From Thermoproteus sp. (GTDB taxonomy: Archaea > Thermoproteota > Thermoprotei > Thermoproteales > Thermoproteaceae): a stretch of DNA of 64,000 nt. The notes under the pieces were generated by a model. The model saw only the letters and a list, made by a program, of their open reading frames with translations. It was not told the origin of the DNA and did no database searches. Position 1 is the first letter of the stretch. Every line of letters begins with the position of its first letter. The stretch is from the NCBI GenBank assembly GCA_049976425.1, contig JBMFIG010000001.1:96001-160000 (forward strand), written 5' to 3'. A program made the position numbers and the translations under genes. This document shows, in pieces, positions 40,367 through 50,243 of this stretch.

Positions 40367-41410
40367 ATGAGGTTGTTGGTGGCGTTGATCTTGTTCGTCT
40401 CGATAGTCGCGGCACAGGCGCTCAACCTATGCCCCAACGCCGTCATAGTTGGTCCGCAGAACTCCACCGCAATATTGGGATATATCTCGAAGGCCCAGAA
40501 AGCGGTCTACATAGAGGCCTATGCCCTCACTTGGCGGGAGCTGGCCCAGACGTTGGCCTCGCTGGCGCAGAGAGGGGTGCAGGTCTACGTGGTCTTGTCG
40601 GGCAACGTCTACGGCGGGATCCCGACAACGGAGAAGCAGTTGGTGGATTACCTCAAGAACAACGGCGTCAACGTCGCCTACAACTACGACTTCAAGTTCG
40701 TCCACTCCAAGGCCTTCGTGGTGGACAACAAGACCGTGATAATAGGGTCCATAAACCCCACGTACTCCGGCGTGACGAACGACTTAGGGCTCGCCGTCGT
40801 CGTCCAGAACTCCACGTTGGCCCGGGAGATAGCGACCGTGATACTGAACGACTTCAACGGCGTGTACCCCAACTACAACTACACCGGCGTGGTGATATCG
40901 CCGATTAACTCCTACCGATATCTGAGCTGGTTGCTCCAGCAACGGGGCAAGGCCTACGCGGCCGTCGAGGAGATCTACGAAAGCTCCGGGCTGGCCGACG
41001 CCTTGATGTCGAAAGCCGCCTTGGCTCTGGCTAGGGTCACCGACGTCCCGGGAGTACAGACGGTGGGCGATCTAACGGCGAAGGTCATCGTGGTGGGCGA
41101 CTACGTCTACGTGGGATCTATAAACTTGAGCGGGAGCTCCATAAGGAACAATAGGGAGCTAGGCCTTCTGCTCCGTTGCCCCAGCCTCGCCGCCGCGGCG
41201 ATCGGGCTCATAAACCAGTGGGCCGGGACAGCCGCGACGCGGCCGGCCAGCACGGCGACGTACAGATCCTCGGCGACGGCCTCGACGACGCCGGCCGCGC
41301 AGACCGGCGCGCCGCAACTCTCCAATCTGTTGGCCCTACTCCTAGCGATCCTCCTAGCTCTGGCGATACTCTCAGCGGGGGGCAGGAGAAGGAGGAAAAG
41401 AAAGGCCTAG
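40367..41410 (+). CDS. Secreted phospholipase-D-family protein with C-terminal membrane anchor
   Basis: Signal peptide, HSKAFVVD...GSIN, degenerate second motif TAKVIVVGD...GSIN...NRE, TM plus basic tail. Confidence 0.8.
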   Translation: MRLLVALILFVSIVAAQALNLCPNAVIVGPQNSTAILGYISKAQKAVYIEAYALTWRELAQTLASLAQRGVQVYVVLSGNVYGGIPTTEKQLVDYLKNNGVNVAYNYDFKFVHSKAFVVDNKTVIIGSINPTYSGVTNDLGLAVVVQNSTLAREIATVILNDFNGVYPNYNYTGVVISPINSYRYLSWLLQQRGKAYAAVEEIYESSGLADALMSKAALALARVTDVPGVQTVGDLTAKVIVVGDYVYVGSINLSGSSIRNNRELGLLLRCPSLAAAAIGLINQWAGTAATRPASTATYRSSATASTTPAAQTGAPQLSNLLALLLAILLALAILSAGGRRRRKRKA

Positions 41411-41817
41411 GCGCTTGCGGCGAGCTCCAGCGCCACCTCGAGGAGGCTCACGAAGTCGCCCTCGGTCTTCACCGACTTGACCGCGTTGATGAGCTCCGGG
41501 TCGTTGCCGAGATCTATCACCTTGTCTTGCGCCGGCTCTCTCCTCTCTGCGGTCTCGTCCGGGCCCTGCCCGCACCTCTGGTAGTTGCCCGAGGCGAGCT
41601 TGAGGCTGACCCTATCGCCGACCAACGAGATCGAGGCCAACGCGTACGGGCCGGCTAGACACGTCCCGCTGGACTCTATGCCCTGGAGGACCAGCGTCGC
41701 CGTGACGGTCTCGTTGCCCCTTATCAGCTCGAAGCTGTGGAAATTGCTTTCCGACTTGCCTATTCTGTTAAACGCCTGGATCCAGGCGTTAACCGCTTGG
41801 AGTCCTTCCCTTTCCAT
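41407..41817 (-). CDS. Hypothetical protein
   Basis: 136-aa ORF with TATA-like GATAAATA upstream on the minus strand. Confidence 0.65.
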   Translation of the reverse strand: MEREGLQAVNAWIQAFNRIGKSESNFHSFELIRGNETVTATLVLQGIESSGTCLAGPYALASISLVGDRVSLKLASGNYQRCGQGPDETAERREPAQDKVIDLGNDPELINAVKSVKTEGDFVSLLEVALELAASA

Positions 41818-41931
41818 TAGAGCTTAGAGCGAGGCGTATTTATCTCTTTCTTAACTCCGCGCTCGCGGTTGGCGTAAGGATGCTTCACGCGGCCGGCGCC
41901 GCCCTTTTATAGGGGACGCGTCGGGTATCTA

Positions 41932-43548
41932 GTGCGCGTGGCCATAGTCGACGGCTATACTGACGAGCCCGCCGGCTTGGGAGTGCCGCCCTATATCGAC
42001 GTATATCCCCGCTACGTCGCCGGGGCCGTCAAGATGGCCGACCCTGGGAACGAGGTGAGCTACTTCACGATAGATTCGCTGAGGAGGGACTGGCCCGCCT
42101 CGCTCAGAGCGCTCGCCGGCTTCGACATGGTAGTCGTCGTGGCGGGCGTGACGACTCCCGGCAAGTATCTGGGCGGGACGCCGATATCCTACGACGAGTT
42201 GCTCGACATAGGGAGGCTGGAGGGGCCCGTCAAGATATTGGGCGGGCCGGTGGCTCGCTACGGCTACGGGATAGAGGGCGGCACCGCGGCGATTCCGCCT
42301 GGCCGATTCAAGCGTTATTACGACATAGTGGCCACGGGCGATGTGGACCTAGTCGTCTACGAGGCGCTTAAGTTCGGCGTAGAGAAGGCGCGCCCCTCAG
42401 CCACTCATGAAGGGTACGAGCTGGTGGACCAGTTCGCGGTCCGCGGCGCCTTCGTGGTACAGCAACACCCGAACTTCGGCGTCAACCTCGTAGCCGAGAT
42501 AGAGACATACAGCGGATGTCCCCGCTACGTCTCAGGCGGCTGTTCCTTCTGCACCACAGTGGCCTACGGCGCCGTGGAGTTCAGATCGCCCGAGGCCGTG
42601 GCTCGGGAGGTCGAGGCGCTCTACAAAGCCGGCGTGGTGCACTTCAGGCTGGGGAGGCAGGCCGACTTCTACGCCTATATGGCCGAGGATACCGGGAAGG
42701 TAGATCTGCCTCGGCCCAACGTAGCCGCCGTGGAGCGCTTGCTGGCGGGCGTGAGGAACGCCGCGCCGGGCCTGGAGACCTTGCATATAGACAACGTAAA
42801 CCCGGGCACTGTCGCCAGGTGGCCGAAGGAGTCCGCCGAGGTGACGCGGCTGTTGTTGAAGTACGGGACCCCGGGCAACGTGGCTGCTATGGGCGTGGAG
42901 ACCGCAGATCCCAAGGTGGTCAAGGCCAACAACCTCAAGGCGATGCCCGACGAGGCCCTCGAGGCGGTGCGGCTTATAAGCAAGATGGGCGCGGTGAGGG
43001 GGCCCAACGGCATGCCCTGGCTGTTGCCCGGCCTCAATTTCGTGCTGGGCCTCCCCGGCGAGACCAAGGAGACCTACGAGCTCAACAAGGAGTTCTTGAG
43101 GAGGATCTTGGACGAGGGCTTGTTGGTGCGGCGGGTCAACATACGGCAAGTCCTCGTCTTCCCCGGCACCAGGCTCTGGCCCGTGGCGAGGAGGCTGGAG
43201 GCGAGGCTGAGGGAGAAGAAGAGGCTGGTACACGCCTTCAAACGTTGGGTCAGAGAGAACTTCGATAGGCCTATGCTGGAGAGGGTAGTGCCTAGAGGGA
43301 CCGTCTTGAAAGGCGCCGTCGCGGAGCAGAACTACGGCGGCGGGACGTACGCCAGACAGCCCGGCTCCTACCCACTGTTGATCTATCTGCCTCTCCGCAT
43401 ACCTCCCGGGACGAAGCTAGACGTCGTGGTGGTGGAGCACGGGTTCAGAAGCGTCCTGGGCATCCCGCACCCGCCGCCGGCCAGCTCAAAGCGAGTAGCT
43501 AGATACCTTAGGAAGCTCAACGACGCCTCCGGCCCGCCTCCCTCCTAG
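41932..43548 (+). CDS. Archaeal radical SAM protein of unknown function
   Basis: DGYTDEPAGLGVPPY, CPRYVSGGCSFC, HFRLGRQ, HIDNVNP, GLPGET. Confidence 0.85.
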   Translation: MRVAIVDGYTDEPAGLGVPPYIDVYPRYVAGAVKMADPGNEVSYFTIDSLRRDWPASLRALAGFDMVVVVAGVTTPGKYLGGTPISYDELLDIGRLEGPVKILGGPVARYGYGIEGGTAAIPPGRFKRYYDIVATGDVDLVVYEALKFGVEKARPSATHEGYELVDQFAVRGAFVVQQHPNFGVNLVAEIETYSGCPRYVSGGCSFCTTVAYGAVEFRSPEAVAREVEALYKAGVVHFRLGRQADFYAYMAEDTGKVDLPRPNVAAVERLLAGVRNAAPGLETLHIDNVNPGTVARWPKESAEVTRLLLKYGTPGNVAAMGVETADPKVVKANNLKAMPDEALEAVRLISKMGAVRGPNGMPWLLPGLNFVLGLPGETKETYELNKEFLRRILDEGLLVRRVNIRQVLVFPGTRLWPVARRLEARLREKKRLVHAFKRWVRENFDRPMLERVVPRGTVLKGAVAEQNYGGGTYARQPGSYPLLIYLPLRIPPGTKLDVVVVEHGFRSVLGIPHPPPASSKRVARYLRKLNDASGPPPS

Positions 43549-43798
43549 CCGGCTTCTGGGGGGCGGCCGCCTTAGCCTTCTCCTCCTCGACGTATCTGAG
43601 ATATAGGGCTAGGATAGTGGCGGCTCCGAAAACCGCGGCCACGAACTCGGCTAGGTTCAACGACGTGTTGCCTATGGAGATATTCGGCGTTATGTATCCG
43701 CCCAACGTGGCGTAGAGGTAGAACACGGCGACGCCCACGGCGAACCCTATATAGGCGTAATAGTAGTACCGATACACCCTCTCGTCTATCCTAGGCAT
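43517..43798 (-). CDS. Small 2-TM membrane protein
   Basis: MPRIDERVY followed by two hydrophobic helices. Confidence 0.6.
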   Translation of the reverse strand: MPRIDERVYRYYYYAYIGFAVGVAVFYLYATLGGYITPNISIGNTSLNLAEFVAAVFGAATILALYLRYVEEEKAKAAAPQKPARREAGRRRR

Positions 43799-44673
43799 GG
43801 CGTCCCCCAAACACACCCATATAAATATAGAGCCGACATAAGCGCCGCCGAGTAGAGCGCCATGGATATAGCCATCAGCCCGAGGCCCCGCCGCACTTGT
43901 CCCCGGTCGGGCAGATCGCCGACGCCGACGGCGTAGGAGCCCGGCTTCTCCAGCCTGACGCGTAGCGATGCGGCCACGGCCGAGATAGGCCATCTCGCGT
44001 TGGGGCTCTCAACAGACCTATCGCCTAGGACGGACAGATCCGGCTTGAGGCCGGACAGATATGCAGAGGCGAGTATAAGCCCGGCGGCGATCCTCGCCGG
44101 TATCCAGTTCACGGCGGTGTCGAGATAGGCGGCGGGCGCGCCGGATATCCCCCAGTCCCTAAAGCCGATCAAGCCGTCAAGAGTGTTGACGACTCTTTGG
44201 ACCCAGGCGCCGGGGAGGCCGAAGATGGCGTACCAGAAGAGCGGCGACACGAACGAATCCGCGAGCGACTCGGCGGCCGTCTCGAGACATGCAGAGGCCA
44301 CGTGGCCACAGTCCGCCCGGGAGAGATCGCGTCTCACGAACTGCTGGACGACGTCTCTGGGACAGGGATCCAGCCCATACGCGGAGGCGCAGGGGTAGAG
44401 TATCTGGGTCTCGGAGAACGAGAGCTTGAGGAGGTAGGCCTCCAGGAAGATCCCCCAGACGCTCGACGAGAGGTAGGACTGGGCGAGCCAAAACGCGGCG
44501 GCCGTCAACGCGGCGAACGAGGCCACCACCGCGGCGTTTCTGGCGGCGCGGCCTCTAGCAACTAAGCGCGCGGCGGCTTTATAGATCAAGGAGACGGGAT
44601 GTATCTGGGGCGGGATCAGCCTGCTGACCAGATAGCCGCGCCACCGCCTCGGCACGTCGAGGGCCTCCAACAA
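43786..44673 (-). CDS. cbiB: Cobalamin biosynthesis protein CbiB/CobD
   Basis: HPV, VRRD, ETAAESLADSFVSPLF, VNTLD, NWIPARI, SPNA, LEKPGSY. Confidence 0.9.
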   Translation of the reverse strand: MLEALDVPRRWRGYLVSRLIPPQIHPVSLIYKAAARLVARGRAARNAAVVASFAALTAAAFWLAQSYLSSSVWGIFLEAYLLKLSFSETQILYPCASAYGLDPCPRDVVQQFVRRDLSRADCGHVASACLETAAESLADSFVSPLFWYAIFGLPGAWVQRVVNTLDGLIGFRDWGISGAPAAYLDTAVNWIPARIAAGLILASAYLSGLKPDLSVLGDRSVESPNARWPISAVAASLRVRLEKPGSYAVGVGDLPDRGQVRRGLGLMAISMALYSAALMSALYLYGCVWGTPCLG

Positions 44674-44678
44674 CAGAG

Positions 44679-45227
44679 CTATCGCGAGGACGAGCGGAGA
44701 TCCCCACTCAACCTCCTCGCGACCGTCCTTAAAAGCCTTCTGATGGTCCTCCTCCTCTCCACCGAGCCGTAGAGCTTGACGGCGGCCCTCCTCACGCTCT
44801 TGTACTTGGCGACGGCGGCTAGGACCCTCCTCTCCTCCTCGGTCAGCTCGAGCCGCCTAAGCGCCAGCTCGGCCAGCTCGTAGGGCTTCAGCCCTCCGTA
44901 GGCCCAATCGTCCGGCAGGTCCACGGGCTTGACGGAGCCGAACACTATTATGGAGACCACGTCGTCGTCCTTAATACCGCGGTAGTGCCTCCTCAACGCC
45001 CTCTTAAGCTCCTCCACGTTGCTGTACCCGTCGAGCTCCGCGTCGAAGTCGTCCAGCTCGGCCACCCGCTTATACCTGACGTCGAGCACCTCGGCCACTG
45101 CAACTATCCGGCCCCCGCTGTGTATTATGGCCTCCCTATCCCTCCTCACCATCCCGAGCCGCACCGTGGCCCTCTTCCTGCCGGAGAGCAGATCGGCGAC
45201 GTAGCGGCTCGAGAGCATTAAATGCAC
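44679..45227 (-). CDS. ASCH-domain protein with C-terminal HTH
   Basis: SGRKRATVRLG, DAELDGY, LRRHY. Confidence 0.8.
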   Translation of the reverse strand: MHLMLSSRYVADLLSGRKRATVRLGMVRRDREAIIHSGGRIVAVAEVLDVRYKRVAELDDFDAELDGYSNVEELKRALRRHYRGIKDDDVVSIIVFGSVKPVDLPDDWAYGGLKPYELAELALRRLELTEEERRVLAAVAKYKSVRRAAVKLYGSVERRRTIRRLLRTVARRLSGDLRSSSR

Positions 45228-45279
45228 ATAGGCTCCCGGGGCCCGGATAAAATTTTTGTTTCCGTCGAGCTGGGCCGAT

Positions 45280-46155
45280 GTGAGGTGGGACCCCGAGGCG
45301 GCCAGCTCGGCTTTCTGGCGGTACCTCAAGTTCGTGCGGATAGAGCACACCCTCTTCGCGCTCCCCATGGCCTACGCCGCCGCGTTGGAGGCCTCCGGCG
45401 GCTCCTTGACCCTATGGCAAGCCGTCTGGATAGCGGCGGCCTTCGTCGGGCTGAGGATAGCCGGGATGTCGTACAACAACATCGCCGACCGCGAGATAGA
45501 CGCGTTGAACCCGAGGACCAAGAGCAGGATGCTGGTGACGGGCGCCGTCAGTCTGAGAGGCGCCTACGCGGCCTTCGCCGTAGGGATCGCGCTCTTCGAG
45601 CTGTCGGCCGCTATGCTGGGCCCGTGGCCTCTCTACCTCAGCCTCCCCTACCTCGCCGTGACGGTGACCTACCCCTACGCGAAGCGCCTCCACTGCCTCC
45701 CGCACCTACACCTAGGCGCCGTCTACGCGTTGGTGCCGTTAGGCGCATCTATAGCCATATATAGCAACGACATACGCACCGCCGTATTGCACACGCCGTG
45801 GTTGCTGGTGCTGGGATCGGCCCTCTGGGTCGCTGGATTCGACACTTTCTACTCGAAGATGGATCTGGACTTCGACAGGAGGATGGGGCTGGGAAGCATA
45901 CCCGCCTGCTACGGCGAACGCGCGGCGAGGGCCTCGTGGGTCTTTCTGTTGGCCGCATCGGCCGCGCTGTATTTGTGGAACTACTTGTCGCTAGGCGGCG
46001 GGTTGCCCGGCCTCGCGTTGACGGCCTTGGGATCCGCCGTAGAGGTGTGGTCAGCCATAACGGCGCTGGACGAGAAGAGGATACCCACGGCGTTCAACGC
46101 CAATCTGTCGGTCGGACTGCTCATCGCCGCGGGGATACTGGCGAATTATCTGTAG
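45280..46155 (+). CDS. ubiA: UbiA-family prenyltransferase
   Basis: IEHTLFALP, NNIADREIDALNPRT, YPYAKR, WVAGFD. Confidence 0.88.
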   Translation: MRWDPEAASSAFWRYLKFVRIEHTLFALPMAYAAALEASGGSLTLWQAVWIAAAFVGLRIAGMSYNNIADREIDALNPRTKSRMLVTGAVSLRGAYAAFAVGIALFELSAAMLGPWPLYLSLPYLAVTVTYPYAKRLHCLPHLHLGAVYALVPLGASIAIYSNDIRTAVLHTPWLLVLGSALWVAGFDTFYSKMDLDFDRRMGLGSIPACYGERAARASWVFLLAASAALYLWNYLSLGGGLPGLALTALGSAVEVWSAITALDEKRIPTAFNANLSVGLLIAAGILANYL

Positions 46156-46212
46156 GGCATTCACGAAGGCGGCCGAACGGCATCGGGCGCCTGCGCAGTT
46201 TTTAACCGGCAA

Positions 46213-47649
46213 GTGGTAGAGCCTATGGACGACCTCAGGGAGTTCCTCGAGGCGTTGGAGGCGCGGGGCCAGCTGAGGAGGGTATCGGCAGAGCTCTCGC
46301 CGGAGCTGGAGATCCCGGAGGCCATAAGACAGGCCGCGTACAGAAGGGGCCCCGCCCTCTTGTTCGAGAAGGTCAAGGGGCATCCAGGCTGGCGGGTGGC
46401 CGGAAACCTCTTCACTCTGGACAGGATAAAGCTGGCGCTCGGCGTCGAGAGGCTGGAGGAGGTGGGCGATAGGCTTCTGGCCCCCCTCTCGGCGCCTCCG
46501 CCCACCACGTTCTTGGAAAAGCTCAAGGCGTTCGCCGAGGCGGCCTCGTTGGGCAGATACATGCCGAAGCTGGTCAGAGGCGGCCCCGTCAAGGAGGTAG
46601 CGGCAGACCCAGACCTGACCTCGCTCCCGGCGTTTAGGTCCTGGCCGAAGGACGCGGGGCGCTACATCACCTACGGGCTGTTCATCACGAGGGACGCGAG
46701 GGGGATAACCAACATAGGGGTGTACAGGATACAGATACTGAACAAGACAGAGGCCGTGGTCCACGCCCAGATACACAAGAGGGCGGCGGAGCTGTTCTCC
46801 AGCTCCGAGGGTTGCGTCGACGCGGCCATAGCCATAGGCGGAGATCCCGCCTTGATGCTCAGCGGCATGATGCCGACCCCCTACCCGCTGGACGAGTACC
46901 TGTTCGCCGGCGTCGTCAAGGGCGACGGAGTCGAGGTGACGAAGGGCGTCGCGACGGATCTCTTGATACCCGCGAGGGCCGAGGCCGTCGTCGAGGGTTG
47001 CGTCGACGTGAGGGACCTACGCAAGGAGGGGCCTTTCGGCGACCACTACGGCGTGTACGACAGAGGGGGCCTCTACCCAGTCTTCAAGGCCAAGGCCCTC
47101 CTCCGGAGGGAGGACCCTATATACTACGGCACGGTCGTGGGGAAGCCTCCGCTGGAGGACGCCTGGATGGGGAAGGCTGTGGAGAGGATATTCCTCCCCG
47201 TGTTGAGGTTCCTGGTGCCCGAGATAGTCGATCTGAATCTGCCCGAGCACGGGCTCTACCAAGGCGTCGCCATAGTGTCCATTAGGAAGAGGTACCCGGG
47301 GCAGGCCAAGAAGGTGATGGCCGCCCTCTGGGGCCTCGGCCACATGATGTCGCTGACCAAGATAGTCATCGTTGTGGACCACGACGTGGACGTCCACGAC
47401 CTGAACCAGGTCGTCTTTGCCCTAGCCCAGCGAGTCGATCCCCAGAGGGACGTGGTGGTCGTGCCGGGCGCCCACGTGGACGTGCTGGACACAGGCTCGC
47501 CGGTGCCCGGCTACGGCTCCAAGCTCGGCATAGACGCCACGCGGAAGCTCCCGGAGGAATACGGCGGAGGGCAGTGGCCGGAGGAGGTGGAGCCGGATCC
47601 CGAGGTGGCTAAAAAGATCTCCGATGTGCTGAGGTCCGTGCTTCAGTAG
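46213..47649 (+). CDS. ubiD: UbiD-family decarboxylase
   Basis: DLREFL, NIGVYR, EGPFGDH, VVDHDVD, GSKLGIDAT. Confidence 0.92.
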   Translation: MVEPMDDLREFLEALEARGQLRRVSAELSPELEIPEAIRQAAYRRGPALLFEKVKGHPGWRVAGNLFTLDRIKLALGVERLEEVGDRLLAPLSAPPPTTFLEKLKAFAEAASLGRYMPKLVRGGPVKEVAADPDLTSLPAFRSWPKDAGRYITYGLFITRDARGITNIGVYRIQILNKTEAVVHAQIHKRAAELFSSSEGCVDAAIAIGGDPALMLSGMMPTPYPLDEYLFAGVVKGDGVEVTKGVATDLLIPARAEAVVEGCVDVRDLRKEGPFGDHYGVYDRGGLYPVFKAKALLRREDPIYYGTVVGKPPLEDAWMGKAVERIFLPVLRFLVPEIVDLNLPEHGLYQGVAIVSIRKRYPGQAKKVMAALWGLGHMMSLTKIVIVVDHDVDVHDLNQVVFALAQRVDPQRDVVVVPGAHVDVLDTGSPVPGYGSKLGIDATRKLPEEYGGGQWPEEVEPDPEVAKKISDVLRSVLQ

Positions 47650-47767
47650 CTTTCCGGCCGCAACGCCGGCAGGTAGGCGCGGGGATCTAACAGCGTGGGG
47701 CTGGGCTTAGCCGGAATTCGTAGATAGGGAGGCGGTGAGGAGGGCGCCGAGGACGGGCAGGCGCGCC

Positions 47768-48922
47768 TCAGTACTCCAGAAGATCGACGCCGAGCAGATA
47801 GGCGACGGCCCTAAGCTCCTGCCTCACGTCGCCCGGGATAAAGACGTGGTGGTTCGCCGGAGCCGCCTCGAAGATCCTCCTGCCGTCGAAATGCGGCCTC
47901 GCCCTCAGTTGCGTCCTGCAGGCCCAGTCCACCAAGTTCCCGGACTCGATCGCGTCGAAGACGCCCACGGCCAGCCTCTCGAAGGTCGGGCCGAAGCTGA
48001 CCGCCGTATATCTCGACTCGGCCAGCGACGCGGCGAGGCCCCAAGGCCTCCCGGTCTCGAAATGCGGCATGAGGCGCCAGCCCCTCGCCATGTCGAGAGA
48101 CACCGTGCAGTGGGCGAAAAACGCCTCTCCAGACCCGGCGTACACCACGTTGGCTATCCAGCCGCTACGCCCAGTCAGCCCCCTGGAAAGCAACATGCCG
48201 GCGAGCGCTTGGAGATCCCCCTCGCAGGCCACCAAGTCGCCCCTCGCGTTGGCTAAGGCGAGCGCCAGACAGGGGGTGACGCCGTATTTCACGATATAGG
48301 GAAAACACGCCAGCGCCTTGCCGTCGTACCCGCCGAGAGATCTAAGCGCAGTGTATATTTTAGCCGCCTCCTCGACGCCGAAAATCGCCATGAATTCGGG
48401 ATCCGGCGGAGAGCTCCTCACAAGCTCGGCGAATTTGTCCAGATCCATCACGTCGACGGAGCCCCCGAACTTCGCCGAGAACCTATCCGCCTGGGCGCTA
48501 CGCCTCCCTATCAACAAGACCCTCGGCGCCGTCAAGAGCGCGGCCGTCCTCGCGATCTTCCTGGCGCTGGCGGCCGCGCCGCCGCAGTCCCCGCCGGGGG
48601 CGCAGTGCAGAGGCCAGACCCTGACCCCCTCCGCCTCCAGATAGGATCGGGCCGAGAGAGACGACGCGGCGCCGTTGTGCTCGGGAAAGCCCAGCGTCAC
48701 CACGGCCCTGACGCCCAGACGCCTCGCGTAGTCAGCCACGGCGACGCCCGTGCCGCCCGTCAAGGTGACGGCCAGCAGTACCTTGGCCTCGGCGTCCGGC
48801 GCCTCGTCGGAAGACTTGAAGGGGCCCAACACCTCGGGCAGAACGCGCCTCACCTCCTCGAAAGCCCTCTTGACATACGCCCCGCCGTGGATCGGCGAGT
48901 AGAACGCCGCGGCCACGTACAT
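47768..48922 (-). CDS. L-fucose isomerase-like protein
   Basis: LTGGT, PCLAL, ACEGD, AHCT, HFETG, CRTQ, NHH. Confidence 0.75.
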   Translation of the reverse strand: MYVAAAFYSPIHGGAYVKRAFEEVRRVLPEVLGPFKSSDEAPDAEAKVLLAVTLTGGTGVAVADYARRLGVRAVVTLGFPEHNGAASSLSARSYLEAEGVRVWPLHCAPGGDCGGAAASARKIARTAALLTAPRVLLIGRRSAQADRFSAKFGGSVDVMDLDKFAELVRSSPPDPEFMAIFGVEEAAKIYTALRSLGGYDGKALACFPYIVKYGVTPCLALALANARGDLVACEGDLQALAGMLLSRGLTGRSGWIANVVYAGSGEAFFAHCTVSLDMARGWRLMPHFETGRPWGLAASLAESRYTAVSFGPTFERLAVGVFDAIESGNLVDWACRTQLRARPHFDGRRIFEAAPANHHVFIPGDVRQELRAVAYLLGVDLLEY

Positions 48923-48971
48923 CGCATCTACACGAGGCAAAATTAATAAATGTAGGCGTGGTGTTCTGAGA

Positions 48972-49092
48972 GCCGCCGTAGCTAAGCCCGGTATAGCGGC
49001 GGACCCTGCAGGGGGCCGACGCTGCAGACCCGTAGGTCCCGTCGAGCCCCCGCGAGGGGGTTCGGGATAGGGTTCAAATCCCGGCGGCGGCT
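48972..49092 (+). tRNA. tRNA-Cys(GCA) with two non-canonical introns (30/31: 49003-49020; 51/52: 49042-49070)
   Basis: GCCGCCG/CGGCGGC acceptor, U73, anticodon GCA 49024-49026, TTCAAAT T-loop; both introns form BHB motifs. Confidence 0.92.
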
Positions 49093-49243
49093 TCCATAGG
49101 GCTCTGCCCGTCGCCACAGAATTCTGTCATTCTGTAGACAGGCCCAGGCCTCATCAGCGCCTCCAGTGCGCCGCCTGTGAGGTGTATCTGCTTGAGTACT
49201 CAGCTAGATCCGTAGCCCTACCCCCGTCTACACTTCAGCCGCT

Positions 49244-49756
49244 TCAAGATCTGTCGGATAAGCCCGCCGCCCCCAGCCTCGCCGCCAGCTCCAGCACAGC
49301 GCCGGCGAGCCTCTTCACGTCCTCCTCCACGAACTCAAGAGAGGGGTATCTGCTAAAGACGCCCGCCCTATCCAGCCCGTTATACTGAAACTCGTGCAGA
49401 TTCAAGGCCACGTTCGTCAAATCCACAAGGGCGATTCCGGCCGCCTTCTCAAGCACGCCGGCCACCGCCAGCATGTAGCCCGTAGGCATAAACGCCGCGA
49501 TAAAGTCGGCGAGCCTAACCCTCCTACCCTCTCTAGTGCCCCTAACCCCGCGGAAGCGCTCCGCCAACACATCCACGTAGTCGACAGCCAACGCAGCCAG
49601 CAGAGCCTTCCAGGCCTGAAAAGCCTTGCCGGCCGCGTTCCGGTAAAGACCCTCCTCCAGAAACCTCAAGGCGAGCTCGGCCTCGTACCGCGCCTCCAGA
49701 AGCCTCCCCCTCTTGTAGCCAGCGGGATCTCTCCAGGGCTTCGAAAGCTCAAGCAC
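49244..49756 (-). CDS. PaREP1-family (HEPN-like) protein
   Basis: KPW...Y...RLLEARYEAELALRFLEEGLYRNAAGKAFQAWKALLAALA, LHEFQYNG. Confidence 0.88.
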   Translation of the reverse strand: MLELSKPWRDPAGYKRGRLLEARYEAELALRFLEEGLYRNAAGKAFQAWKALLAALAVDYVDVLAERFRGVRGTREGRRVRLADFIAAFMPTGYMLAVAGVLEKAAGIALVDLTNVALNLHEFQYNGLDRAGVFSRYPSLEFVEEDVKRLAGAVLELAARLGAAGLSDRS

Positions 49757-50243
49757 GGAACCCCCGGGATGCGTAAATATATCCTTACAGCCCAAAGATC
49801 TACTGCTCTCCTTAAGCGGCCCCAGGCCACGCCAAGCGGCGAGGAGGCCGCGGCGGCTAAGTCTCCGGTCGCGCCCTACACGCCGGTGTTCGTCTGCAAG
49901 GAGAGGAGGTTACGTGAGGGCCGCACGCGTCCTCACCGACCTCCTCTTATGCAGGCGGCAGATGCCTCTCTACGAGAAGGCCTCGGAGAGAGCTGTGACG
50001 TATATAGCTGAGGCTGTGGTAAGGTACATAGGCCTCTTCGAAGCCGATAAAAAGAGTCATACATAACCATTGAATTGAGAAATGTAAAAAAGGAAAGTTT
50101 TTAAAGTTGCCCCTCACTTCTATTATGGTCAACGAAGTAAAAGGAGAGATATATGAAAGATCCGAGGCAAAACCGTCGGTAGGCGCGTGTGGGGACGTGG
50201 GCAGAGACGCGCCGCAGGGTCAAAGTGGCGGCGCTGGCCCCTC

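Noticed and set aside
47650-47767. GC-rich gap between convergent ubiD and the isomerase-like gene as an sRNA
   Set aside because: No convincing C/D boxes, promoter or stable fold by eye
49099-49160. CTGATGA plus stem as a hammerhead ribozyme
   Set aside because: No GAAA directly after the stem and no stems I and III
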